Below, in pieces: positions 1 through 9,300 of a stretch of DNA of 16,046 nt. The stretch lies in NCBI GenBank assembly GCA_039801225.1, contig JBDRUH010000033.1, positions 1-16,046 of the forward strand, given 5' to 3'. Position 1 is the stretch's first letter, and every line of letters starts with the position of its first letter. Both the position numbers and the translations under genes were made by a program. Source of the stretch: a candidate division WOR-3 bacterium. GTDB lineage: Bacteria > Hydrothermota > Tepidihabitantia > Tepidihabitantales > Tepidihabitantaceae. Under the pieces are notes generated by a model. The model had not been told where the DNA came from and ran no database searches. It worked only from the letters and a program-made list of their open reading frames with translations.

Positions 1-305
1 GTTTTTTCACAGTCCTTTTAGACGCTCGCTCCCGACACATCCGCACCGAACAGGTTTCTATCGGCAGTCTTGATACCACCCTGGCTCATCCCCGAGAGGT
101 ATTTGATGCGGCAGTCCATGACCATGCACCAGCGATTGTTGTGGCACACAACCATCCTTCTGGAGACCCAACACCATCGGAAGAGGACATAAGGTTGACA
201 AAAAGACTTATTGAAGCGGGGAAGGTTTTAGGAATTAAACTTGTTGACCATATCATCATTGCTGGCGATAGGTTCTATAGTTTTCGCAATCACGGAATTT
301 TGTAA
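1..305 (+). CDS. radC: RadC family JAB/MPN-domain protein, 3' part (5' end outside the window)
   Basis: Manual translation of frame +3 (absent from the ORF track): ...VSIGSLDTTLAHPREVF...VVAHNHPSGDPTPSEEDIRLTKRLIEAGKVLGIKLVDHIII...GIL*, with TAA at 303-305. Contains the HNHPSG and DHII RadC motifs. Confidence 0.95.
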   Translation, partial: FFTVLLDARSRHIRTEQVSIGSLDTTLAHPREVFDAAVHDHAPAIVVAHNHPSGDPTPSEEDIRLTKRLIEAGKVLGIKLVDHIIIAGDRFYSFRNHGIL

Positions 306-764
306 ATGAAAGGCGGATATTATCTGCCAATTTATGCCTGTTTCATTATATTATTAGCGAACGGGACGGTCATTGCTGAATCGGAGGAAAGCAAGGTTAA
401 AGCCTTGTCCGACAAAGGCATTGGGAATAATTATTTTTTCATAAACAGTGATAAATTTGAATGCCAGGAGGCAGAAAATTCTCTCCCAGAAGGAACTGAG
501 CAACCTGACCGCTGGCTTGCCTGGGATAAGTTCTGGCATTTTTCCGCCAGTTTTGTTACTGTTGGTGCCGGATATCACCTCTGTGCCAATAGAATTGGAC
601 TGAAGCGCCCTTTAGCCACAGGTATTGCAATTGGCGGTACCTTGGGAATTGGCACCGGCAAGGAGCTCATTGACCGCTATGGGTGGCACCGCCGGTTTTC
701 CTGGAAAGACTTGGTTGCCAATATGCTCGGGATTGGTCTCGGTTATTTCGTTTTCATTTATTGA
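306..764 (+). CDS. Predicted membrane/exported protein, YfiM/DUF2279-like
   Basis: N-terminal hydrophobic signal. Motifs DKFWHFSAS, GxGKELxD and FSWKDLVANxLG match YfiM-like proteins. ATG directly follows the radC stop. Confidence 0.65.
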   Translation: MKGGYYLPIYACFIILLANGTVIAESEESKVKALSDKGIGNNYFFINSDKFECQEAENSLPEGTEQPDRWLAWDKFWHFSASFVTVGAGYHLCANRIGLKRPLATGIAIGGTLGIGTGKELIDRYGWHRRFSWKDLVANMLGIGLGYFVFIY

Positions 765-783
765 GCCATTTCTTAGAGAAAAA

Positions 784-811
784 TTGACTTTCTTATAATA
801 TATGTTAAATT
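784..811 (+). promoter_or_regulatory. Sigma70-type promoter, likely leaderless, for 818..1285
   Basis: TTGACT (784-789), N16, TAAATT (806-811), with an extended TG at 803-804. ATG follows 6 nt later and there is no SD. Confidence 0.65.
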
Positions 812-817
812 ATCTAA

Positions 818-1285
818 ATGTTATATTCCTACTCATTAGACCTGAGCCATTATATTGATACCGAGCGTATTTTCTATGGTGAAGGTCGCGGCGAAGTTGG
901 CATCGCCCTGCATATTCCATTAAAAAATTATGTGGCCGGCAGTGACCCTTCCACCGATTATGGTCTAATGGTCTCAATTACCAATCACCTGATCAATTTT
1001 CTCCTTTATGAACGGGCAAGGCGCGGGGCTGAGGCCTGGGATTATGACCCGGAAAGGGCGGCGGAAATTTATAATGTTTGCGGGGACAATATCGCCACCA
1101 GCGGAATTATTGTTTATGACAAAAACTACCCGGCCGGTCCCAAATTGCAGGTTTTTCTGGATAAGACATTCGGGCTTAATGAGGTGGCGATCAGATGGAA
1201 GGCGCAAATGGTTTTTGATGAGCGTCTGCTCGCCGATTACGAGGAATATTTAAAAAAGACCCTAAGAGAAACTGTCAAACGATAA
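818..1285 (+). CDS. Hypothetical soluble protein (155 aa)
   Basis: Fills the gap between genes, has a normal globular composition and its own promoter motif. No family recognised. Confidence 0.75.
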   Translation: MLYSYSLDLSHYIDTERIFYGEGRGEVGIALHIPLKNYVAGSDPSTDYGLMVSITNHLINFLLYERARRGAEAWDYDPERAAEIYNVCGDNIATSGIIVYDKNYPAGPKLQVFLDKTFGLNEVAIRWKAQMVFDERLLADYEEYLKKTLRETVKR

Positions 1286-1303
1286 CAGTTAAAGACCGGA
1301 CGG

Positions 1304-1705
1304 TTACACCCGATCAGGAAATTTTTCTTTTAGATAATCAACAATCTCTTGGGTGGGCGTTCCCGGTCCAAAAAGCCTGCCGCAGCCCATTTTATAAAGT
1401 TCTTCCATATCCTCTTTTGGAATGATACCACCACCAAACACCAGAATTTCGCCCGCCCCTTTTTCCTTTAACAGACGCATCACCTCGGGGAAAAGGGTCA
1501 TATGGGCTCCGGAGAGAATTGAAAGACCGACCGCGTCAACATCCTCCTGGATTGCCGCCTCGGCGATCATTTCTGGTGTCTGATGGAGTCCGGTGTAGAT
1601 AACCTCAAATCCGGCATCACGCAAAGCCCTGGCTACTACCTTTGCCCCCCGGTCATGTCCATCCAGACCGGGTTTGGCAATGAGAATTCGCAGTTTTTTA
1701 CCCAT
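1304..1705 (-). CDS. Cobalamin-binding small subunit of a split acyl-CoA mutase (IcmB-like)
   Basis: [13 protein letters not shown] (DxHxxG base-off/His-on motif), [10 protein letters not shown] and GGGIIP. AGGAGG RBS upstream. Confidence 0.95.
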   Translation of the reverse strand: MGKKLRILIAKPGLDGHDRGAKVVARALRDAGFEVIYTGLHQTPEMIAEAAIQEDVDAVGLSILSGAHMTLFPEVMRLLKEKGAGEILVFGGGIIPKEDMEELYKMGCGRLFGPGTPTQEIVDYLKEKFPDRV

Positions 1706-1714
1706 TTTTACCTC

Positions 1715-3373
1715 CTAAAACATCGGTGGTTCAGCATAAGTTCCAAATACCTCTTTCATCGCGCCACATATTTCACCTAAGGTAGCATAAGCCCGAACCG
1801 CCTCAAGAATTGGATACATCACATTGTCCTTGCCGGCACAGGCATCTTTCAAGTCGCTGAGTGTCTGTTTCACCCGGGTATTATCGCGGCGCTGGCGTAA
1901 TTTTCTAAGTCTTTCCCACTGTTCTCTTTCCACCCGTTCGTCAATTTTCAAAATGGGAATTGCTAACTTTTCTCCTTCTAAGACATATTTATTGACCCCG
2001 ACCACGGTCCGTCTCTTTTCATCAACCGCTTTCTGATAGCGATATGCCGCTTCAGCAATCTCCCTCTGGGGAAAGCCTTGCTCAATCGCCTTGACCATTC
2101 CGCCCAGCGCATCAATCTTTTCAAAATACTCATACGCCTGTTTTTCCAGTTCATTGGTCAGGGCTTCAACATAATAAGAGCCACCTAACGGGTCAATCAC
2201 ATTGATGACACCGGTCTCCTCGGCGATAAGTTGTTGGGTGCGCAGGGCGATCAGCACCGCCTTTTCGGTAGGAAGCGCCCAAGTCTCGTCCATTGAATTG
2301 GTGTGAAGGCTCTGCGTTCCACCCAAAACTGCCGCTAATGCCTGAAAAGCGGTGCGGACAATGTTATTCTCCGGCTGCTGAGCGGTGAGGGTGCAACCGG
2401 CGGTCTGAGTATGGAAACGCAAAAGCCAGGATTCCGGTTTCTTGGCTTTGAAAGTCTGGCGCATCTCCCTTGCCCAGATGCGCCTAGCAGCACGAAACTT
2501 AGCAATTTCTTCAAAGAAGTCCAGATGGGAGTTGAAGAAAAAGGAAAGTCTCGGGGCAAACTCGTCAACATCCAGACCGGCTCTAATTCCCGCCTCAACA
2601 TAGGTCATACCATCCTTTAAGGTGAACGCCAGCTCTTGGGCGGCGGTTGAACCCGCCTCACGGATGTGGTAGCCTGAAATGGAAATGGTGTTCCATTTCG
2701 GGACATTCTTTGCGCCAAATGCCATAATATCGGTGATCACTCGGAGGCTGGGCTCGGGAGGAAAGAGCCAGGACTTCTGGGCAATATACTCTTTCAATAT
2801 GTCATTCTGAATCGTTCCGCGGAGTTTTTCGCTTGGCACCCCTTGCTTCTCCGCGGTAACGATGTAAAACGCCCAGAGTACCGCTGCCGGTCCGTTGATG
2901 GTCATAGAGGTGGAGACTTCGCCTAATGGAATTCCGTCAAAAAGGGTTTCCATATCCTCCAATGAGGAGATGGCCACGCCACATTTGCCCACTTCACCAT
3001 GGGAGAGCGGGTCGTCCGAATCCCGACCATAAAGCGTCGGGAAATCAAAAGCGACCGAAAGACCGGTCTCACCGTGTTCCAGGAGAAACTTGTAACGGGC
3101 ATTGGTGTCTTTAGCGGTGCCGAAACCGGAAAACTGGCGCATTGTCCAGAGTCTCCCGCGATACATATTGTGACGGATGCCGCGGGTGAATGGATACTCG
3201 CCGGGAAAACCCAGGTCACGAAGATAGTCAAAATCGGCTAAATCTACTGGCGTATAGAGGATATTAACTGGAATACCGGATACGGTTTGAAACCGCTCCG
3301 TTTCGCCCTTATTAACACAACTCTCCCAGCGTTTTTTCTCTTCTTCAATCCGATTAATTTCATCTTTTCCCAT
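1715..3373 (-). CDS. icmA: AdoCbl-dependent acyl-CoA mutase large subunit, probable isobutyryl-CoA mutase
   Basis: Motifs [55 protein letters not shown] and [11 protein letters not shown]81 and Q199 occupy the positions of MCM Y89 and R207. Family certain; substrate inferred. Confidence 0.85.
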   Translation of the reverse strand: MGKDEINRIEEEKKRWESCVNKGETERFQTVSGIPVNILYTPVDLADFDYLRDLGFPGEYPFTRGIRHNMYRGRLWTMRQFSGFGTAKDTNARYKFLLEHGETGLSVAFDFPTLYGRDSDDPLSHGEVGKCGVAISSLEDMETLFDGIPLGEVSTSMTINGPAAVLWAFYIVTAEKQGVPSEKLRGTIQNDILKEYIAQKSWLFPPEPSLRVITDIMAFGAKNVPKWNTISISGYHIREAGSTAAQELAFTLKDGMTYVEAGIRAGLDVDEFAPRLSFFFNSHLDFFEEIAKFRAARRIWAREMRQTFKAKKPESWLLRFHTQTAGCTLTAQQPENNIVRTAFQALAAVLGGTQSLHTNSMDETWALPTEKAVLIALRTQQLIAEETGVINVIDPLGGSYYVEALTNELEKQAYEYFEKIDALGGMVKAIEQGFPQREIAEAAYRYQKAVDEKRRTVVGVNKYVLEGEKLAIPILKIDERVEREQWERLRKLRQRRDNTRVKQTLSDLKDACAGKDNVMYPILEAVRAYATLGEICGAMKEVFGTYAEPPMF

Positions 3374-3375
3374 TA

Positions 3376-4383
3376 CTACACCTCCCTATTATCTTGACCG
3401 GAAGCAAATCTATAGATTTGTCCTAACTCGGGCAATACCAGCGTAATAATTCTCTCTGCCGCCTGATAAGGGGTCAGTTTTTTGTCAACAACTTCCCTTG
3501 TCAGTTGGTCCAAAAGTTTTTCTATTTCCTTTTGTTGATAGATATTTTGCCGTAATCTTTCCACAATCAACCGTTCAATTTCGGTCTTAATCGCCTTGCG
3601 CCGGCGCTCTACTAAAATCGCCGAACTTGTCAAATAACGACGGTGTCGCTCAATTTCATCAAAGAGAGCGGTTACGCCATTCCCCTTGGTGGCAACAGTT
3701 TTGATAACCGGGGGCAGCCAGCCATCGTTTTTTGGTTTCAACTCTAACATCATTTCTATCTCAAGCACCATTCGGTCTGCCCCCTCGCGGTCGCTCTTAT
3801 TGACGCAGTATATTTCGCCAATCTCCATCAAACCTGCCTTAAGGGTCTGGATGGCATCGCCGGACTCGGGCACGAGAACGACGACGGTGGTATCCGCCGC
3901 TTCAGCGATATCCAACTCCATCTGTCCGACACCTACCGTTTCAATTAAGAGAAAATCCATGCCAAAGGCATCAAGGATGTCACAAACCTCTTTTGTCCGT
4001 CCAGCCAGTCCACCTAAACTTCCTCTGGTTGCCATTGAGCGAATAAAAACCTTTGGGTCGGTAAAAAGCGCCGACATCCGCACCCGGTCACCCAAGACCG
4101 CGCCACCAGAAAATGGCGAACTTGGGTCAACCGCAACGATACCTACGGTTTGACCTCTTTTCCGGCATTCCAATGCCAGTTTCTCTACGAGAGTGCTTTT
4201 ACCGGCACCGGGAGGACCAGTGATGCCAATCCGGTAAGCCCGACCGATGAGAGGATAAATTTCATTGAGAATCTGAACCGCGGCTTTAGAATTATTTTCA
4301 ATAAAAGAAATCAACTGACCACAGGCGCGGCGGTCACCGGCGCGAAACTTCTCTAAAAGTTTTTCAATAGTCAATTCCAGCAC
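3376..4383 (-). CDS. meaB: MeaB/ArgK-family GTPase, mutase chaperone
   Basis: [44 protein letters not shown]. The start is either GTG 4383 or TTG 4374; both overlap the upstream stop. Confidence 0.95.
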   Translation of the reverse strand: MLELTIEKLLEKFRAGDRRACGQLISFIENNSKAAVQILNEIYPLIGRAYRIGITGPPGAGKSTLVEKLALECRKRGQTVGIVAVDPSSPFSGGAVLGDRVRMSALFTDPKVFIRSMATRGSLGGLAGRTKEVCDILDAFGMDFLLIETVGVGQMELDIAEAADTTVVVLVPESGDAIQTLKAGLMEIGEIYCVNKSDREGADRMVLEIEMMLELKPKNDGWLPPVIKTVATKGNGVTALFDEIERHRRYLTSSAILVERRRKAIKTEIERLIVERLRQNIYQQKEIEKLLDQLTREVVDKKLTPYQAAERIITLVLPELGQIYRFASGQDNREV

Positions 4384-4873
4384 GATTTACGACACCTTTT
4401 TGAAACGGGTGTTTTATCTCTTTTATTTCACTGACCAAATCGGCCAATTTAATTATCTCTTCTTTTGCCCCTCTACCAGTAAAAATTAGTTCTATATCCT
4501 TTGGGCACTCTTGAGCAAGTTCTATCACATCTTTCAGAGGCAAAAGTCCGTAATCAACCGCCACATTAATTTCATCCAATATCACCATTTGATATTTGCC
4601 CGAGCGAATTGCCTCCCGGGCGAACTCCAGCCCCTTCTTTGCCAGTGTTAGGTCTTCTTGGCTGGGATTGCCCCTTTGGACAAAGGTCTTTTGCCCAAAC
4701 TGGTAAACTTCTAAGCCAGGGATGTCCTTTGCCGCTTTAATTTCGCCGTAATTACTATCACCTTTCATAAACTGAATGATTAAAACTCGCCAGTTATGCC
4801 CGGCGGCACGGAGCGCCAGACCGAATGCGGCGGTAGTCTTGCCCTTACCGTTGCCCGTGTAAACCTGCAGCAT
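4364..4873 (-). CDS. cobO: Cob(I)alamin adenosyltransferase, CobA/CobO/BtuR type
   Basis: VYTGNGKGKTTAAFG, IQFMKG, ILDEIN, FTGR, ADLVSE, KHPF and GIDY. Confidence 0.95.
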   Translation of the reverse strand: MLQVYTGNGKGKTTAAFGLALRAAGHNWRVLIIQFMKGDSNYGEIKAAKDIPGLEVYQFGQKTFVQRGNPSQEDLTLAKKGLEFAREAIRSGKYQMVILDEINVAVDYGLLPLKDVIELAQECPKDIELIFTGRGAKEEIIKLADLVSEIKEIKHPFQKGVVNRAGIDY

Positions 4874-4879
4874 TTTTTT

Positions 4880-4907
4880 AGTGTAAGAAAATGCGGTCTG
4901 AAGTCAA
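4880..4907 (-). promoter_or_regulatory. Sigma70-type promoter, likely leaderless, for the cobO-meaB-mutase operon
   Basis: Minus strand: TTGACT (4907-4902), N16, TACACT (4885-4880), AAAAAA, ATG (4873). No SD. Confidence 0.7.
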
Positions 4908-4922
4908 ATAATTGGCGGCGGG

Positions 4923-5429
4923 CTAACCAAGATCCGGGTTAATTTGCGGTCCGAGCCGGACTTTAAAGAGAAGTTGCATCAGGGCATTCCAGGTTTTGAA
5001 ATAGAACACCTCTCGGGCGATTGGTCCGGAACTTACGGATAAAGCAATCGGACCCTGGATGCCCTGAGACTCAATCATTATCCGCAAAATCATATGGGCA
5101 ACAGCCCAGCCAGTGACAAAGCCAAAAACAAAACCAAGAAAGCCGTCCAGCGACTCAAAGGACCATTGGGTCACACCGAAAAACCAACGGGCAAAGATAA
5201 AACCGAGCAAAGCAAACCCTATAAACAGGACAACAAGAGTGACCGAGGTTGTTATTCTTAATCCTCGGGCAAGGGCGGGGGCAAAGGAGGTTGCCGCAAC
5301 CGCTGAGGCAACAACGCCAAACATTTCTACGAGTGTCAGACCCATTCCCCCGGCCTTGGAAGTGCGAATTGTCTGGATTATTGCTACACCTAAGACAACC
5401 GCTAAGGAAAGCCAGTCAACCCAGGACAT
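4923..5429 (-). CDS. Membrane protein, CvpA-like
   Basis: About four TM segments. N-terminal WVDW and the later SLDGFLGFVFG resemble CvpA motifs. ATG 5429 overlaps the upstream TGA (TGATG); the ORF track starts at TTG 5432. Confidence 0.6.
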   Translation of the reverse strand: MSWVDWLSLAVVLGVAIIQTIRTSKAGGMGLTLVEMFGVVASAVAATSFAPALARGLRITTSVTLVVLFIGFALLGFIFARWFFGVTQWSFESLDGFLGFVFGFVTGWAVAHMILRIMIESQGIQGPIALSVSSGPIAREVFYFKTWNALMQLLFKVRLGPQINPDLG

Positions 5430-5725
5430 CAATCAATATCTAAATCTTCACCTGTTTCGCCCAGATCTTCCTCTTCACTTAGTCCCTCGTCCTCAAACTC
5501 ATCCAGTCCTTCTGCACCAAAATCCTCATCACCTGGTCCGAAATCCTCAAAGTCGCTTTCAGTTTTTGAGCCACCAATCACCGTAAACCTACCGAAAATC
5601 TGATGAACCTTTGTTCCGCCGCAATCCGGGCAGGTAGGATTCAAGCCGGCTTCCTTCTCCGCTAATGTGGCAACAATGTCAAACCTTTTACCACAATTCT
5701 CGCATTTATACTCATATACTGGCAT
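5429..5725 (-). CDS. FmdB-family zinc-ribbon protein with acidic C-terminal tail
   Basis: MPVYEYKCENCG...CPDCGG is the canonical FmdB pattern. GGAG RBS upstream. Confidence 0.9.
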   Translation of the reverse strand: MPVYEYKCENCGKRFDIVATLAEKEAGLNPTCPDCGGTKVHQIFGRFTVIGGSKTESDFEDFGPGDEDFGAEGLDEFEDEGLSEEEDLGETGEDLDID

Positions 5726-5742
5726 ATAACTACTCCATCATT

Positions 5743-5770
5743 ATTATAATAATAAAGTGTCTTTTGTCAA
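5743..5770 (-). promoter_or_regulatory. Consensus sigma70 promoter for the FmdB-like/CvpA-like genes
   Basis: Minus strand: TTGACA (5770-5765), N16, TATAAT (5748-5743). Confidence 0.8.
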
Positions 5771-5854
5771 TAGTTTGTATAATTCAAATCCCTGTGCGAC
5801 ATTTTGGTTTTCTCCAAGCCAGTCGGGGCAGTTTATGAATTGTTCTAAGGTAAT

Positions 5855-5900
5855 GAGATTGCTTCGCTCTATGCATTCACACAGCGACCGCTCACAATGA
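5855..5900 (-). repeat. REP-like/short interspersed element remnant (GTCATT...AATCTC type)
   Basis: Minus strand reads TCATTGTGAGCG...GAGCGAAGCAATCTC, resembling the widespread GTCATTGCGAG...GAAGCAATCT intergenic repeats. Confidence 0.55.
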
Positions 5901-5932
5901 GGGCGGGCGAATAGTAATGTGTATCCTCACAA

Positions 5933-5960
5933 CATCCGTCATCCGTCAGCCGTTACCCGC
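5933..5960. repeat. Heptamer tandem repeat spanning the rimI stop codon
   Basis: CATCCGT CATCCGT CAGCCGT TACCCGC. Confidence 0.55.
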
Positions 5961-6395
5961 CTGGTTTACCTTCATCTCCATAACTATCGCATCCTCACCG
6001 TTTTCGTAATATCCTTTACGAATGTAAGTTGGCTCAAATCCGAATCGGCGATAAAGGCGCTGGGCAGCGATGTTTGAAACCCGGACTTCAAGAAATATAT
6101 TTTCGGCACCTTCCCTTTTGGCAAAATCAAATACCTCCTTCAGCAACCTTGAACCGATGCCTTGGTTTCTCATCTCAGGCGCAACCGCAATGTTGGCAAT
6201 GTGCACCTCAATCCCACCCCAGGCGACAAGATAACCTACAACCTTATTCTCATTTTCAGCGACTATAGAGAAGGCATCCGGTCGGTGAAGGTCGGAGAGG
6301 AAGAAGGAGCGACGCCAGGGGTTGGGAAAACTTCTATTTTCTATTTCCATAATTCGGTCAAGGTCTTCCTCCCTCATCCGGCGGATGGTAACCAT
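5946..6395 (-). CDS. rimI: RimI-type GNAT N-acetyltransferase
   Basis: IENRSFPNPW, HIANIAVAPEMRNQGIG, LEVRVSNIAAQRLY, RKGYYENGEDAIVM. Confidence 0.92.
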   Translation of the reverse strand: MVTIRRMREEDLDRIMEIENRSFPNPWRRSFFLSDLHRPDAFSIVAENENKVVGYLVAWGGIEVHIANIAVAPEMRNQGIGSRLLKEVFDFAKREGAENIFLEVRVSNIAAQRLYRRFGFEPTYIRKGYYENGEDAIVMEMKVNQAGNG

Positions 6396-6396
6396 A

Positions 6397-9300
6397 CTAT
6401 TTAATTAGAACCGCTTTGGTAATTAAAACCGCCGATTGTGCTCCTTCAGGAAGAGAATGGAGGCGGATAAAATAAACACCGGGTGCAAGCGTCTTACCGT
6501 GGTTGTCTTTTCCATCCCAGATAGCGGAATGGGTGCCAGGGGGAAACTTGCCTTTAGCAAGAGTTCTGACTTCTCTTCCAGTGATATCAAAAACTGTAAG
6601 TTTGACCTCTGTTTTAATAGGCAGGCTGAAGTGGACTACTCCTCTGTCTCGTAGCGGGTTTTGATTAAGGTGTAAAGTTAGTTTTTTAATTCGCGCATCC
6701 ATTATTTCCTCATAGCCGGTGTAAGGCTCGCCACTAATAAACTTAATTGCCCGATTGGGAACGATTCCTGCGGCGCCACGATGGTAATTGGTATTATATA
6801 GATACTGAATCGCTATCGTTTTTGTCGGGTCTTGAGTTCCGACGGTGCTTGAGACGTAATAGTTGGCGCTGAGATACTGGAATATTATCTGATTATCACC
6901 GGTTGGCGTATTAACGGTTGTGTCATAGATGATGATTTCAAACTTGTCCCAATCACCAACGCCGGTGTAATAGACCGAATCCCACTCAACAATGAACCGG
7001 TGATTAAGACTGTCATAATAATACCAGACGCCACCTCCATAATATGGATAAAGGTCGTCCCAGTTTGCCGCAAGGAGTGGCGGCATATCAGAGTTGGGTA
7101 GAGTTGTGTTGTTGTAGGTGGTGTTGGTGGTGTAACCCGGGGCTAGCCAGCCGTTGGAGCAGACAGAAATCTGGTTGTAAATCTCACCATAGAAGATAAA
7201 AGGTCCGAAACTGAGCGGCAGGTTCACCTGTTTTGTCTGGTCGTCACTCAAGGTGAGTCTTGTGCCTAAATTTCTGATTTCCACCCAGGAAAACTCAGGA
7301 TGCTGATTATAAAGGGTATCAACGTCATCATAAGCCCAATAGACCGGTGGCTGGGCATTGTCCGGAATCGGGTCAATAGTTCTGATTTCGCCAACGACAA
7401 TGTTAAAGACTAAGGTTTTGCTATACCCGTCAAGAGCACTAATTTTGAGGGTGCAAGGTATCGGGGTCTCGGGCGGTATTGTGCTTTGGGTATGAAGGGT
7501 AAATGGGTCTGAACTGTTTTTCTTAATAGAGTCTTTAGGGATAAAGCCAAATTGAGCCAGTGAGTCGGTAACCTGGAGCCGGTTATCGCCGGAACGCAGC
7601 TTTCCGGAAACCGAGTAGCCATTACCTAAACCGATGTTCTTTAATGTTACAAATAACTGGGCGCTTTCCCCCGGGTCAAGTTTGCCATCACCATTGCCCC
7701 CTGGTGGCGGGTCATTAATCGTATTGGTAACATAAACCATAACCGGCGTTCCAACATAAAGGGTAATGTTTGAGTTCCAGACCGAATCAAGTTCATCCCG
7801 GCATTCAAGAGAAAACTTCAACTGGTAGCCATTGGTGCAGGAAGGGGCGACATAAAATCCGAACCCGTCCGGACCGGTAAAAGCCGAGTCGCCTGCCGGA
7901 ATATCACCAAATGCCTTTGCCGAGTCGGTAATTGTTATCTTCGGGTCTGAGGTGCGGAGTTTACCGGTAACCGAGTTTGCGACCATCATACCCCAGTTCT
8001 TTACCCAGACAGGAAGTTCTATTGTCTCACCAGGGTTGATGATACCGTCACTGTTGCCAAGAGAGTCGTTGATGAGTGAGCGCCGATATAAGACATAACC
8101 GGAGTTGGGGGCAATTGTAATCGCTGAGCCGAGATAAGGTCTGAGGTTTCTACCGGTAACGGTAACATATAGCGAATCACCCGGCTGGGTTGTCTCAAGG
8201 TTAAAGGTAACTTCACCTGAAGGGTTGGTGTGAGCAACATAAAATACGGTGGTGTCCTGTTCCGACATCACACAAACTTGAGCATTTTCAACTGGGGTGT
8301 TATTAGCGGTTACCGTAACCGGGAATTGAAAAGAGCCGATGGGCACAACCGCCGGATGTTCTACGGTAAGTTCCTTTGGGGTCTGGGACCAGATATTCAG
8401 TTCTGGCTCACCGAAGTTATTAAACATATATATCTCCTCTTCGGAAATGTCATCAGGAAGGGGATAGGCTTGAAGCATAAAAAGTTTTCCCGCCTGGGTG
8501 CACTGGGCAAATGTATAAAAGAGGCTGTCAACATAGGAGATAAATGTTCCGGCAGCCAGCGAGTCGTTATAACCGGAGTAACTCACCTCCGAGGCACCAA
8601 AATAGCCACACCCACCCTTCTCCTCACCCGCCTTTAGCCAGGCTTCGGCATGGCAATCCTCCGTCTCATCAAAGTTGCCGGAAAGGCAGGTTGGGGCAAT
8701 AACCATTGGTAGCATTCTACCGTTGTTTAAGGCAGAGACATTGGAGTTGGTCCAGGAAGGGTCAACATTTGCCCAGGCAGCCACATCACCGTGGCCGCGA
8801 TAGAGCATCCAGGCTCGGCCTAAATTTAAAGAGTCGGTAAGCGCCTGAGCGGTATTCAGACCCCAGCGCTCAAAAAGGGTGTCAAACTGGGTAAATGGGT
8901 TGTTCATAACATAGTTTCTGATTCTTATCACCACGGTCCAGAAACGACCGCTTCCTTCATAACCGGCAAGGGCACAAACCTTTTTAAACCATTCCGTATT
9001 GTCCAGATAGGGTTCCTTCTCATACTTATAAAGTTTATTGAGCATCACCTGTGCCTCGGTCAAACTTCGGGCGCAGACCCGGGCAATCATCAGGTCGGCT
9101 AAGATGTCATTTCCCTCCTGTAAAGAGTAGTAAAGGTCCGAGGCATCAGTATTTCCTGGCCAGCGGTTACAGCGGAGATATTCCGGGGCATCGCCAATAA
9201 GAAGGACATAGTCGGGCGGATAGGTCCAATTGTTATAGGCATTATGAATATAGTTGTAGATGAGCGCCGTGTCATTGCCGCCAATTTCGGAAAGGGTTAC

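Noticed and set aside
1..305. radC as a marker of a mobile element or defence island
   Set aside because: The neighbours are ordinary chromosomal genes, with no integrase, transposase or att site evident in the window.
787..810. dif-like site (ACTTTCTTATAA-T-ATATGTTAAAT)
   Set aside because: The arms resemble XerC/XerD half-sites but are separated by 1 nt rather than the required 6. The sequence is adequately explained as a promoter.
4874..5945. Cobalamin riboswitch upstream of the B12 operon
   Set aside because: No B12-box or conserved core motifs seen in either intergenic region, and the cobO promoter abuts the start codon.
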